A DNA stretch of 62,169 bases, the filler included, from Porpidia crustulata (taxonomy: Eukaryota): NCBI GenBank assembly GCA_964255105.1. It is 10 parts of 10 records of this genome, joined end to end, with 100 filler letters (N's around TTAATTAATTAA, not from the genome) between each part and the next. Parts side by side here need not be neighbours in the genome. Positions count along the whole stretch, not along the records: positions 37,438 to 43,549 come from CAXUWE010001629.1; positions 43,650 to 49,758 come from CAXUWE010001630.1; 8 more parts are not named here. One strand, written 5' to 3'. Below are positions 37,438 through 49,858 of this stretch, one piece after another (the stretch's first letter is position 1; every line of letters starts with the position of its first letter). The position numbers were made by a program, and so were the translations under genes. The notes under the pieces were generated by a model. The model was not told where the DNA came from. It saw only the letters and a program-made list of their open reading frames with translations, and made no database searches.

Positions 37438-39162
37438 GTTGACAACATCCCACACCAAATCCGCCTGATGCCGCACCTCCTCCTGCACGTACCGGCTCTC
37501 GCCGCGCCGGCTCTGCACCACCTTGCGGACCGTGTCTTCCTCGACGCCCCACTCGCCGCTGTAGAGCTCGTCGAGCAGGGAGTCGCGCACGCCTTGCAAG
37601 ACCCAGACCTTGTTGGCGCAGTTGGCGGCGCGGAGGCGGCGCTGCACGAAGCCGCGGAAGGGGGCGATGCCGACGCCGGCGCCGATGAGGAGCATGGGGC
37701 CGTCGGTGACGAATTCGCGGGCTAGCGGGTTGGCCATGAGGCCGCGGAACATGGGGATGCGGATGTCGAGGTCGAGTCGGTTGCGGCCTTTTTTTTCGGC
37801 AGCGATGAATTGCTGAGCGATGCGCTCGAGGTAACCGGAGCCTACACCGGTGCGGGGACCACGGCGCCAGTCCGGGGTTTCGTGAACGGTGACGGCGATT
37901 TCGATGAGGCGGCGGCAATTGCTGCCTGAGCGTTCGCAGGAGATGGAGGGGTCTTGGGAGAGGGAGTAGAAGCGAGGCATTAGGGTGGAGAGGACGGAAA
38001 GGAGGTGGGGAAAAGAGGGTTTGGAGGAGGGGAATGCTTGGAGGAGTTGAGCGATTGTGATGTGGGGACCGGTCCGGAGGTTGCAGAAGGCGGCTTGGCC
38101 CTGAGCGGATGAAAGGTACAGGAGGATTTTTTTCTCATTCGGGGCTTCTGCGTACTCGGCGAGAAGTCTCAAGAGGGCTTTGGTTGGTGGGTAGCTCTGA
38201 ACATCGGAACACCAGGTCAGTAGCTTCCTTCGAGTGGTGAGTAGCTCTCGTGGCATATCATCGCCCCAGATCGTTGGCCATCTTCCACTCGCGGTTCTCA
38301 TAGCTACTGGTTTGTCTCGAGCACATGATGGCACACCGAGAAGGTCGAATATCTCGTCCACCAGCTCTTCCAAATTCGGAGCGCATATACCGACAGCGCC
38401 TCCGACGACGAAATCAACTTCGCCGCTCTCTTTGGGATAATCCGTGACGTCGAGATCGAAGTGATATGTACGTTTCTCCGCTCCCGGCTTCGTCAATTCT
38501 CTTGCGTGGTGTACTTTTGCTGAGAAAACCTCATATGGAAAGTGTGGGGTGACGAATTTAGGAGGATGCCGATTGTTTGAAGATTGGTGAGGAACAGAGC
38601 TGGAGATTGATGAAGAGAATTGAATTGTTTCGACGGGGTTATCCGCTGTCTTTGTGAGCTCGCTTTCCAGGCTTAGAGGACCCAAGCTAAGCCCCAGACT
38701 TCGAAATGCATCATTATCCGGTATTAAAACAGGCAAAGACGATTCCAAAGCGGTATCCTTCTGTAAAGCATCGAGAAAACAGCATCCACCTCCGCAGCAT
38801 GCCTTCTCTAAGAGCGTAGTCTTTGCATCTCCCTTCCCAATCAATATCCTCCGGACGTCTTCTGGGCCCTGTGATATCAGAATTGTAGAAGCACGCCGTC
38901 TCCGGGGACTAGCCTGATTTATCACAAACTTCTCCTCTTCCCTGAAAGCATCAATAGCTCTATCAACGTGCGGATCTGTTCCCGGCGTTGTGGGCGCGTC
39001 AGAGTCAGACGACGAACTATACTGCATCGCGATCGACGATGTTTGTAGCATATCATTGACCCTTTTTGAGGCTTCAGTAGGTTCCGAAATCAGGCTCGAA
39101 TCCTCGGGGATATAACCGCCTTCTTTGCTGCTGGCATGTTGATTGGCTTCGGACTCTAGCAT
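37438..39162 (-). CDS. FAD/NAD(P)H-binding FNR-type oxidoreductase (diflavin-reductase C-half-like, no flavodoxin domain); 3'-truncated
   Basis: PRFYSLS, GVGSGYL, LIGAGVGIAPFRGF, QGVRD, SR...YVQ motifs. Confidence 0.85.
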
Positions 39163-39524
39163 CTTGGAGTGGCAAATTCTAAGGCTTGGGTCGGTAGAGG
39201 TGTAAATGACTGCAATATCTTAGCACAAGTGTACCTATACACCGGCGAATTACCTGCCACCGAAAACCTCTCGGAAGCCGGGAATCGAAGGGCTTTTGTT
39301 CTACTTATATAGTAAGAGGTGTTTCCAGAAAGGACTACAGCGCGTACTCCATGAAAAAACAATTCAGACAATGAAAATGCCAATGAAGAAATTCAAGCTT
39401 CTCCATTGAGTGATAGCATTAAGAGTTCGCGACTAGAATAGATTAATCATCATCGGAAAAATAGAATAAATAAATAAAGGCCAAGCGGTGAAGCTGAATC
39501 TATGATGACGCGCGAAAGATCTTT

Positions 39525-39559
39525 AGATGAGATGAGATTAGATTAGATTAGAGTAGATG
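39525..39559. repeat. (AGATK)n pentanucleotide microsatellite
   Basis: agatgagatgagattagattagattagagtagatg. Confidence 0.75.
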
Positions 39560-39696
39560 GACATTTTCAATCAGCCATCGGCGTTGAAACGCTAAAAATT
39601 TTCTACCTCAAACTTCTATGACCTCGCATTATTAAACCTAAACAATGGTAACACCGCTTAATCCTCGTTGCTACTCCCTATGTCTCACTCCGTTCC

Positions 39697-40545
39697 TCAA
39701 TATGAGTACTTTTCGCCTTTCTTTTCAGACACCTCCTCTCCAGTCATCTGAACCACAAGCCTGAAGCTGACACCTTTCTTCTCCTTGCCACAAGATTGAC
39801 GGTTCGACCTTCCTTTGCCGCACGCATTTCTCCTCCCACATCTCTCATTTGATTCCCAGGAGTCTCTCAAATGACAGCTCTTCCTAGCTCCGCAACTCCT
39901 CTTGACCGAAGTGCACTTCTTGGTCTCATGGTGCCCTTGTACTTGATGGCAATCGATATTCTCTATTGATTCCTCACGTTCCATTGCTCCGGACGTCTGT
40001 TTCCGGTGCTGTATAACCTCTAATCCAACCTTCAAACCCGAAGCGCTCCACTTTTCATTCCACCTCACCAGAACCGTCCCTACGGTTTCCCTCTTAGAGT
40101 CGTGAGAGGTACTATTGAGGGTATCCTGTGCCATGCCGGTGATCACGTTCTTCGCTACCTGTTTGTTCCAGACGTATCTTGCGACACAACTCGACGTCCA
40201 TGGGTCGATGATTACAGCCGCGGTTGCGATGCCGCTAAAAATCGCCAGCGCCTTCTGACAAGCAGTCGCGGCAGCGGCATTCTGGAGCTTCCGGTTGAAG
40301 TTTTCCCAGTCGCTAGGAGAAATGCCGAGTTCTGTGAGAGAAGGATGATACGGAAAGCCGGATGAGAGACTGCGCCCTGCAGTGGAGATAGTGAGGACTG
40401 CGGACGGTACCTTGGTTACCTCGGTATTGGCGTAAGTGGGAGGTTGCGAATTGTCTTCGGTGGCGACCCTGTACACGGGAAGGGTTTCATACGAGGGAGC
40501 AGCAACAAGCTGGGCATGCTGGGGGTTGACGAGCTTTGAATCCAT
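39697..40545 (-). CDS. Hypothetical protein (282 aa), DUF4646/Erf4-like central region with a Cys/Arg-rich insert
   Basis: Intact ATG ORF; GFPY..L..GIS..DW..F..L, a hydrophobic segment, WNEKW..GLKVGLE; PPTY motif near the N-terminus. Confidence 0.65.
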   Translation of the reverse strand: MDSKLVNPQHAQLVAAPSYETLPVYRVATEDNSQPPTYANTEVTKVPSAVLTISTAGRSLSSGFPYHPSLTELGISPSDWENFNRKLQNAAAATACQKALAIFSGIATAAVIIDPWTSSCVARYVWNKQVAKNVITGMAQDTLNSTSHDSKRETVGTVLVRWNEKWSASGLKVGLEVIQHRKQTSGAMEREESIENIDCHQVQGHHETKKCTSVKRSCGARKSCHLRDSWESNERCGRRNACGKGRSNRQSCGKEKKGVSFRLVVQMTGEEVSEKKGEKYSY

Positions 40546-41929
40546 TGCCGCGTTATTGCAGTGAGTCTGTACTAGGATCGTTTGAGGAATAATAGTGATT
40601 TCTGAGGATCGGTAAGAATGACCAAATTGTCGCGTAGGCTTGTATCTGGTATTGATGCTGAGGTCGAATTATGCTGCTTCAGACAAGCCAGAGGGTCACC
40701 TCTCTATTTATCCTCTCCGTCCATCACAGCAACCAGCGTCACCAACCTTCCGCGTCCGTTGCGCACGAAGTCTCCCCATGCCTTCGGTCGCTAGAACCGC
40801 AACAGTGTCTGCCATATGGAGGAATCATTGTGGCGCTCGTCAAGATACGCCCGTTGCATGGAGATGTTGAATAGCGGGGATAAGATCAAAAACAATCTGG
40901 CCGTCGCAACGCTAGAGAGCGGCTCGCAAAGTGCACAAGACTAATTGTCCCTGCAAAGTATCGTCGCTAGTCTAGTTTACCCTACCTTACCGTGAAGGCC
41001 TTTTACAGGCCAGTGGCTTATAACGAAGAAATTCATGCTTGCTGGCAATTCGAGCTAAATAAATAAATAATTGTAAAATGTGAGCTTTAACTTACACACT
41101 TTGCCAAGTTCGCACCACGATTTCGAATAGAAAATCCGCGGTTCTACAATTTTCTCAATATTCCGACGTTTCGTGCACGATCAGATTCAATGAATAATGT
41201 AAAGGAGAGTTGAACATTGCTTCATCGTCGAATTTGAAAGAGAGATGTACTGGTGTACCATCTACGCCGTCACGCTGTATGACGTCGAAGATTGACTCGA
41301 CGACGGCGCCTTCGAATTTTCCTCACTTTATCCGCCTGCTCGAGGTGTTGTGGATTAAACTGGCAAGGGACCAACTTTCAGGGTACCATAAAATCTGTCT
41401 AGCGGTCCCCCCACTCGCAAAAATACACCCAGTTCGACTACACACTCCAAGCCCACTGCAGGGCAACTTTTACGTGCGCAACTCCAGCAACTATCTTTCC
41501 ACTGGCCGATTCCTTCGTCCCATAGACCTTATATCCCTGATATCCCTGGGATAATTGTGATTGTTCGCACGACTAGCCCGAAATGTCATAGCGGTGTTTG
41601 TTATGGGCGTATTGTGAGTTTCGCATATAGGCACATAGGCCTTCGCCTGCTGGGAAGTAGATAGATATCTCTATCGTCCCGAAACCGGATTTCGGTTGTG
41701 GATCTAAGCCACGGAGCCGCAATCTTGATTGTTTCGATTGCTGTCAGTATATGGCATGGCAGTTCATATAAGAGCGATGGAGAAACGTTTAGCTGATCTT
41801 CACTCTCATTATCGTTCAATCCCATCGTCTTCTATTTCCTAGACCAATCTTACCGCGACTCATCCTTTGATTCCCAAGGCTCTATCATTTCCATAATCAA
41901 ATCTCTCCCGACCCTCTCCGCCTTGAAAA

Positions 41930-43231
41930 ATGGCTCACCGCAATCCCTCCGCCTTCCTGTCCCTCATGTACTCCCAATTCTTCATCCACGTCCCCATCCC
42001 CACCTCCTCCTTCGCCTCTCAAACCGCCATCGTCACCGGCTCCAACACCGGCCTCGGCCGTGAAGCCGCCCTGCACATAGCACGCTTGGGTGCCTCCAAG
42101 GTTATCCTAGGCGTGCGTACCCAGGCCAAGGGTGAAGCCGCCAAGGCGTACATTGAGAAGGAGACGGGTCGGACAGGGGTGGTGGAGGTGTGGGCGCTGG
42201 ACATGGCGAGCTATGCGAGCGTGAAGGCGTTTGCGCGGCGAGCGGAGGGGTTGGATCGGCTGGATGTGGTGTTGGAGAATGCGGGGGTGTTGACGAACAC
42301 GTTCAGTCGAGCGGAGGGGAACGAGTGGGTTTCCTTTTATTCTTTTCCTGCCTTCTCGTCTTGCATGATCCGGAAAAATGAGATGTTGAAGCACGGGCTG
42401 GATGAAGGCTGACCGGTTGCGGGGTTCCATTCCTGGTGGTGTAGGATGACGCTCACGGTCAACGTGGTCTCGACGCTGCTGCTGGCGTTGATGCTGCTAC
42501 CCAAGCTACGCGAGTCGGCGACCCGGTTCGAGATCCTGCCGCGCCTTTCCATCGTCACGTCCGACCTGCACGCCTACAGCACCCTCACCGCCAAATCCTA
42601 CCCCCGCATCCTAGAGGCAATGAACGACGAATCCAAAACCCAAATGAGTCGCAGGTACGTACATCCGCTCCATTCTTCCTCCCCAGAAAAATCCTCCACG
42701 ATCAACAACTCATCCGATGACTTTCCTGATCCAGATACCAAGACACCAAACTCATGCAGATCCTCTACCTCCGCCTCCTCGCCGCCGCCATGACCCGCTC
42801 CGCCAAGCCCGCCGTTGTCCTCAACTTCCTCTCCCCCGGTTTCTGCATCTCCGATATCACCAAGGAGCAGATGCATCTGGGCGTGCGCATCGCGAGGAAG
42901 GTGGTCGCCCGCAGTACGGAAGAGGGGAGTCGGAGCTTGGTGGCGTCGGTGGTGAGGGAGGGGGCGGAGAAGACGCATGGGGAGTATATGTTTGATGGGG
43001 TTGTTGCGAGGTGCGTCACTTTTCGTTTTTGTTATTACTTCTCTACTTCTTTGGTTTGGTTCATGAAGGATAATAACCGACGGAAACCAAAACCAAAACT
43101 AACAACTCTTCTCATACAGTACCTCCCCCTTCGTCCGCTCAAAGGAAGGCGAAACCGTCGGCAAGAGGGTCTGGGACGAGCTCAACGAGATGCTCGAAAC
43201 CATCGAGCCAGGCGTCGTTGCGAATATCTGA
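41930..43231 (+). CDS. Short-chain dehydrogenase/reductase (retinol dehydrogenase-like), 4 exons
   Basis: TGSNTGLG, LDMAS, ENAG, catalytic YQDTK after the second intron, SPGFC; three GT-AG introns; ends GVVANI*. Confidence 0.9.
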
Positions 43232-43549
43232 ACTTCTTTGGCCGCAATCTGAATGTTTTTTTAAAGTTGCAAATATAATGATGGTATTTTTCGAGACGAT
43301 TTTTTGAGAGAGGGACGGAGAGAAAAATGGAGAGATGGATGGGCACGGGATTCGAAAAGTGAAGAGTGAAGAAGAGTGAAAGAATACCAACGAGACAGAT
43401 AATCAAGGAATTGTGACGAGGCCAGGTGGAAATTTTGGGATGGGTGTTGTGATGGGGGGTGAGCTTTTCAAACGCGATGCGATGGTTCCACTCGCTGGGA
43501 TGAATCGTCGGGGTCTGTGATGTGAATCTCGGTCGTTTCGGTATCGTGG

Positions 43550-43649
43550 NNNNNNNNNNNNNNNNNNNNNNNNNNNNNNNNNNNNNNNNNNNNTTAATTA
43601 ATTAANNNNNNNNNNNNNNNNNNNNNNNNNNNNNNNNNNNNNNNNNNNN
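43550..43649. other. Artificial contig linker
   Basis: N44-TTAATTAATTAA-N44. Confidence 0.98.
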
Positions 43650-44196
43650 AAACTACCACGTCTGGTCCTACCGCCAATGGCTCGTGCGCCACTTCTCGCT
43701 CTGGGACACCGAGCTCCCATACATCGAAACGCTGCTACAGGAAGACATCAGGAACAACAGCGCCTGGAACCACCGCTGGTTCGTCATCTTCGGACGCTAC
43801 GAGAACCCCGACGTAGGCGACGGCAAACCCACCCCCGGCAACGACGCGGCTCCCGAGGTTGTGGAAAACGAAATCGAATACACAAAGTCGGCGATCCGAT
43901 TGGCGCCGCAGAACCAATCGCCGTGGAATTACCTTCGGGGAATATTGAAGAGGCAAGGCAAAGGGTTGGCGGGGTTGAGAGCGTTTGCGGAGCAATTCGC
44001 GGATCTGGACCAGGAGGACGAAGTCAGGAGCAGCCACGCGCTGGATTTCCTGGCGGATGTGTATGCGGAGCAAAAGGAGAAGGAGCAAGCGGGAAGGGCG
44101 CTGGAGCTGTTGGCGAGGAGGTATGATCCCATTCGGAAGAACTACTGGAATTATCGGAGGGGTTTGTTGGGGCTCGAGGAAGTAGTTGGGCAATAA
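43650..44196 (+). CDS. RAM2: Protein farnesyltransferase/GGTase-I alpha subunit, 5'-truncated
   Basis: PPTA repeats NYHVWSYRQW, DIRNNSAWNHR, PQNQSPWNYL and the ending YDPIRKNYW. Confidence 0.92.
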
Positions 44197-44631
44197 AACA
44201 TATCTGGAAGGGAGAGGGGGCGTGGGCGTTGGGTCGTGTGAAATTCTGTGAGATACCCGATACCGTTGCTTTACAGCGATTTCTACGTCCAGATCTAGTG
44301 CCGTTATGCCTGTATTGATGAAGTCAATCAATGCGGCTGATCATCGCTGGGCCATCAGGATATCTAGTCGGTACTAGATCGACTCATTTTTAATCTCCTC
44401 CACCACCAACCTACGAATCTGTATATCGTGCCCCCCAGCAGGCTCAGCGCAAGGATCGCCACCTCATCCCCGGTCAAATTTCCACCTTGACCGCTCAAAA
44501 CCATAAGAGTTTTTGTGCAGCTCATATAGTGCGGAGGAATCTATGACGTAAGCCGGTGAAAACTACTATATACTATGGCTAGTAAACCACAACAGAGATC
44601 AGGACGTCCCTACGCGGAAACATAAGCGAGG

Positions 44632-44737
44632 CTTCTTCTTCTTCTTTCTCTCCTTCTCCTCCCCCTTTATTCTTCTCCTTCCTTTTCTCCCTCTCCTTTT
44701 TCTCCTCTCCTTCCCCTTCTTCTCTTCCTCCTTCTCC
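44632..44737. repeat. Polypyrimidine (C/T) low-complexity tract
   Basis: About 105 nt almost entirely C and T, between convergent genes. Confidence 0.85.
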
Positions 44738-44873
44738 AGACTTCTGTTATACTTCTATCATCCATTTCGTTCGCGGTTCTAGTAATCCCACAATAAAAGC
44801 AAGGGCATAGAACTCCAAAAATACATCCCTGACGCCGCCGCATGTCGTTGTCCTTCCTAAGGCCAACGATTCA

Positions 44874-46144
44874 CTATTCAAATTCCCTCGTAACCTGTAT
44901 GATAGTCGCCACATCCGGCATCTCCCCGCCGGCCGCCCCCTTGCACGTCTTCATCATTTCATCCATATTCACCACTTCGGCGCCCTTGACGTGCGGCATC
45001 GTGAACGTACTTGGCACTTCTCTGTTCTTCACGGCAACGTTCTCCGCAATACTGTACCTCTGCCGATACTCTACTAGCATCTCCAGCGAGACGTTCGAAC
45101 CGCCACAAACAACGATTACAACTTTGCTTTCTCTCGTCAAGTGTGGGAGGAGCTTGCGGAGGCGTCCGTCGTAGCAAAGGGCAAGGCTGGCCCCGCAGGC
45201 GAGTTCGACGAGGAGGCGTTCGTCGTCGGCAAGACGGTAGCATCCCATGGCCGCTTCGGCGTCAGTCAAGACGACGCTTTTCACTCCTTTTCGTTGCGCA
45301 AGCTCGTAGGTTTTGGAAGAGACTTGTTTGGCAGCCAGGCTGGTGGCGAGGCTGGTGATCTCTTCGACGGTTGCAAGGTGGCCTTCGCGAAGGGATGTGG
45401 CGAGGGAATCGGCGCCGCGGGTTTCAACGGCCAGGACGTCTGTGCCTGTCCAATTCTGCTTGTCAAGACCGAGCATTATACCGTTGAACAAGCCACCGCC
45501 GCCAACGCTGCAGACTATCGCGTCCGGCTTTCCATCCGGCAGCTGTCTGGCTACTTCCTCGACAATGGTGCTGTTCCCCTCCCAGATTTTTACATGGTCA
45601 AACGGTGGCACATAAACCCTGTTCGGATTCCCCTTCAACATCTCCTTCCTCAGATATTCGTCTGCTTCTTTCCAAGTGGCCCCTTGCTGTATAGCATCCG
45701 TTGCGCCGGCAGAACGGATCTTGGCGATCATGAAAGGCTTTGTTGTGAGAGGGACGACAACAGTGGCAGGGCGGCCAAGAGCGACGGCAGCGCTGACACA
45801 GGCGAGACCCGCATTGCCGCCAGACGAGGAGTAAAAGTGGGTCAGGTGGGGGGTTGAATGGGTCAGAAGGGAATGGCGAATAAGACTGCCGATGCCTCTG
45901 GGAAAGATTTTAGTGCATCGGATGTGTGGATAGGAGAGGAGAAAAGCTTTACCGGGACTTGAAAGAGCCGGCGGGCTGCAGGTTCTCGAGCTTGAGGAAA
46001 ATTCGGCTGTGTAGATGGTTTATTTTTGCAACTAGAAATGGGATGGGCAACCCACCAGCCAGCAGCTTTCGACAGGACTGCAGACTCCGCGAGTGGAGTC
46101 TGGATCCAAGGCTCTTTTATTGTTGGACTCTCCATGCTACCCAT
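44874..46144 (-). CDS. PLP-dependent L-serine/threonine dehydratase (Cha1/SDS-like), 3 exons
   Basis: Spliced reading gives RIFLKLENLQPAGSFKSRGIG; also SSSGGNAG, VCSVGGGGL, LVELACGA, VVCGGS. Confidence 0.92.
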
Positions 46145-46680
46145 GATGAATACATTCTTTCTCTGATTTGTTGATAACAAATAAACCACGGTTCGAAAAG
46201 TAATAACAGCTAAAAAAAGAGTGAGAGATGGTCAAGAGAAAGATGAAGAAACGGACGGAATTTTCTCCAGAGGTTTGAATTCAAAAAGGAATAAGATCTT
46301 TCGCTAAATTTCGTCATTGCGCGCCCTGGAAGACTAGGTGGTGGGGGTTTCCCCATACGCCCCATTCCCAATCCATACTAGTCTCAGGGTTTCGGCTGAA
46401 CTCGGCTAGATATCTAAGCCTTATCCATATCTCTACTTATTTAGTTTCCAAGCCAATTCAGCAACTTTTTTTCGATGTCGAGTGCTGCTATGTAAATCTA
46501 CAAAGTACCATACTTGATACTTCGTCCTCCTTTACCTCACCCCTCTTAACTGTGTTGATTTAAAGAGTAGAATAGTAACACGTCCCATTAGGTTCAGCTG
46601 GGCGTGATACAGTCACTGCTATTGAGGCTCTAGGATTCCGTTCAATTAGGAGTGCCATTTGTTCGGTCTCATCTTCGATT

Positions 46681-46878
46681 ATTCGCTTGAACATCGCGTC
46701 AGTACAGAACATCTCGTGTATTCGCTTGGGTATCGCGACAGGACATTTCGGCAGGACATCTCGGCTGAGCATCGCGACTGGATATATCGACAGTTCGTGT
46801 ACTCGCTTGGAGATCGCGTCAGGACAGGAGATCTCGCGTATTCGCTTGGACATCGCGGCAGGACAGGACATCTCGTGT
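46681..46878. repeat. 39-bp minisatellite, about 5 diverged copies (one 42 bp)
   Basis: Units start at 46690, 46729, 46768, 46810 and 46849; consensus near GACATCGCGNCAGGACAGGACATCTCGTGTATTCGCTTG. Confidence 0.85.
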
Positions 46879-47437
46879 CAACTATTGAGCTTTCTTAATC
46901 GGGCCATATTGCTGCAAGTACATGCATGTTTGTGCTGAGCTAAATTTCTTCGTCAAGCAGATAAATTTTGCGTTCCAATAGCAGTCTTCGTAATTTCACC
47001 TTATCGTATGTTCTCCAGGAGAGTCTGATTGTATGAGAAGCTATAGCGCGAAGTGTTCTTCCTTTATAGAGACGACATTAGCCCTTGTCATTTTTCCCAG
47101 TTCCAGAGAAGCTAAATGCTAATATGGCGAGGTCATTGTTCGGAATTCAGATGCCGTGTCAAGACTTCACCCCAGCAACCCAGTAAGAAAGCTACAAGAG
47201 ATTGCCGTGTAATAAAGCCCCAGGGGACACGCTGGCCCCCAGAAATACTAGTATCCCAATTAAAAGTTCTTCCTATGTAATAAAAACTCGGCTTGTAAAA
47301 GATGCGCGTTGCTCACAATCGGTCTGGGCTTTATATTATTCGCATCTGTGTTTGTCTTAAACCATGTTGACTATGGTAACCTTAAGTTGAACGATTTTTC
47401 ATCCAAACTAACATCTCTCGCCGCGGCAGTTGCAGCT

Positions 47438-48134
47438 ATGGTAAGTCAAATGTGAGGCCGCTAGTTCGGTGAAGCTTTAAAGGGTTCACACACCATAGGC
47501 ACCCAAGACACTACCACCTCTAGCAAAGCAGCATCTCATTTTGGCTTATCTCCAATCATCATGCACTGTACACAATATCAAGGAGCTTGAGAAGGTACTG
47601 CCTGCTGTAGCCTCAATTAATGGAATGCAAGTCAAAGATTATCTCCAAGCGCTTAGTGACGAAGGGAAGATCCACGTTGAGAAGATTGGCAGCGGTAATT
47701 GGTACTGGAGCTTCCTGAGCGAAGAAGCCAAATCACGTAGCAACACTCTCGAGAAGCTTCATGAGGAGAAAGACAAGATCAATGCTGCGGTACAAGAGCT
47801 TGACATCAAAGTGAAAGAAGCTAGCGAGCAGCGAGAAGGCGAGGACGGAGAAAGGGCAGAAGCGGTCAGGATGCATACGGCTCTTCGAGAGGAGGTAGAG
47901 GCGCTGAAGGGAGAGCTCGAGCAATATAAAGATGGGGATCCAGGTGAGATGGTTACAAGAAAGGAGGAAGTCAAAAGATTCAGGGAGAAAGCGGAAAGAT
48001 GGACAGATAATATTGGTATATTGGAAGGTTGGGTATTACAGATGCTAGGTGGGGACAGAGGGTCATTAGAGGAGATGAGAAGAGGGCTGTATGAGAGTGA
48101 GTATGTCGAAGGAGAGGGTTTGAAAGAGCTTTAG
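47438..48134 (+). CDS. MND1: Meiotic nuclear division protein Mnd1; first coding exon is only ATG, intron 47441-47498
   Basis: IKELEK..P..INGMQVKDYLQAL..EKIGSGNWYWSF..coiled coil..ERWTDNI. Confidence 0.92.
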
Positions 48135-49758
48135 GGTGGATTGAGCTTTCTCTGTGTCAGCGGACAATAGTGCTGGAATACCATCATTCTACGCTGCTAC
48201 TCTAACTCGAGCTAATGAAGAAATGCTAGTCGTGGGAGTCCAGGTGGAACAGGCCCATCCTATCGAGTTGGCAGCTCATAGTAATCGTCCTCTCATTAGC
48301 GCATTGGCTAGTTGCAATAATTTGCTCATTTTGGTATCACCAAATTAGACCTCCATTGAGCTCTGTCTGATATGCACTTCAGTGCAGACAAAATTCAACA
48401 TATTGACGACAGGGTTAACATCGGTCTGTCCACCTAAAACTGCTCTTCACATTCTCGTCTTCACAGATCATTTCTCTACGCTCGCAGTTTCGACCTAGAT
48501 CTCTCATTACTTCGGGATGTTCGGTCTTCTAACACCACCTCAACTCTGCCTAGTATTATCATCTGCTCTAATGTTGCTCTCAACCTAGCGCATACTCAAG
48601 CAAAAGTTGCGCTCCATTAATCCACATACGATGGACAACGAAATCATCGCCATATCTCAATTATGCCCCAAATGAATGGTCAGGAGGCGAATCAGTGATC
48701 AATTACTGTCGCTTATTGTACCTACCAACGCAAATATACACATTGCTATGGCATACTCTGGTCGACCCGCTTGGCCTTCCAACAGCCACATATGCTGCAG
48801 TCTGTCAGCTCCAAGGGTACTCTAGCTTAGCGAAAACATAGAACAGCCTTTAGATCAGAGCGCTTTTGAGGTTGAGCCGAATCGTACCCGGCTCCAGTGA
48901 CTACTTCAACGGTTGTGGAGATCGATATCGAGCGTAAAGAGCTCGCATGCTTAGTTGACAGGAGCGGTGAACAACACAAAGCACTGCCTATACTGCTATA
49001 CATTTCAAGCTTGATGCTAAGAGATATATAGGAACGACCTTTCGAAATCACTGCGAGAATTTACACACTTCCTGACGCACCCTTTTTGTTCAAGTGTTCA
49101 TATTGCAGACCAGACAACGGCTTGGTTCTCAAACTTCTACTGACTTACAATGGTGGAGGTATACTAGCAATTCTCTCAACAAGAACAAGTATATTCGTTG
49201 GTCCACCACAAATTCTATGACTTCATTCAATGGACTCTGGAGCACAAATCTCTACTTTGAATTGTCAGTCTCCTTAGCTGATCCGTCAGGAGAAGTTCCA
49301 GGTGACAAAGGCTCAAGACAACAAAACCATTGTTCACTTCAGTACAAAGACTTACGGTATCAGGACCTGGCATATAGCAGAAAACTTCCCGAAACTCAAT
49401 TTTCCTATTCCCTCCGTTGCATGGGCTTGTGTTCCTACTGGCCACTCCGAACTGTAAAATCAGCGGCAGCCGACCACTTCGAGGACAAAAACTGTAGCCA
49501 GCAACCCGGAAACTTTGTCATTCTCCCAAACGTCTCACAATACCCATTGTTCAGCATCCAGCCTTTCATTATCTTCATTCTCTTGAGTATTTCCTCCCAC
49601 CTTCCCCTTTATCTTCCTTCTTTGCACCCCCTTGGAGTTCGCTCAAGAAAAGCCTAACCACCAACCCCCTGATCAAATGGCCCCTCAAACCTTCATCCCA
49701 GTCCCCACTCAACGTCACAAACCCAACCGCCGCTACGTGAACCTTAGCGTCCTTCGTC

Positions 49759-49858
49759 NNNNNNNNNNNNNNNNNNNNNNNNNNNNNNNNNNNNNNNNNN
49801 NNTTAATTAATTAANNNNNNNNNNNNNNNNNNNNNNNNNNNNNNNNNNNNNNNNNNNN
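49759..49858. other. Artificial contig linker
   Basis: N44-TTAATTAATTAA-N44. Confidence 0.98.

Noticed and set aside
43735..45857. Long antisense ORFs such as 43735..44331 and 45141..45857
   Set aside because: Shadows of real genes caused by GC-rich codon bias
46681..46878. CRISPR-like array
   Set aside because: Units are tandem and diverged with no unique spacers, no cas genes, eukaryotic context
49094..49657. 187-aa ORF with a GTG start
   Set aside because: No recognisable motif and non-coding-like composition; the ATG at 49677 may begin a gene cut by the contig end but is too short to call
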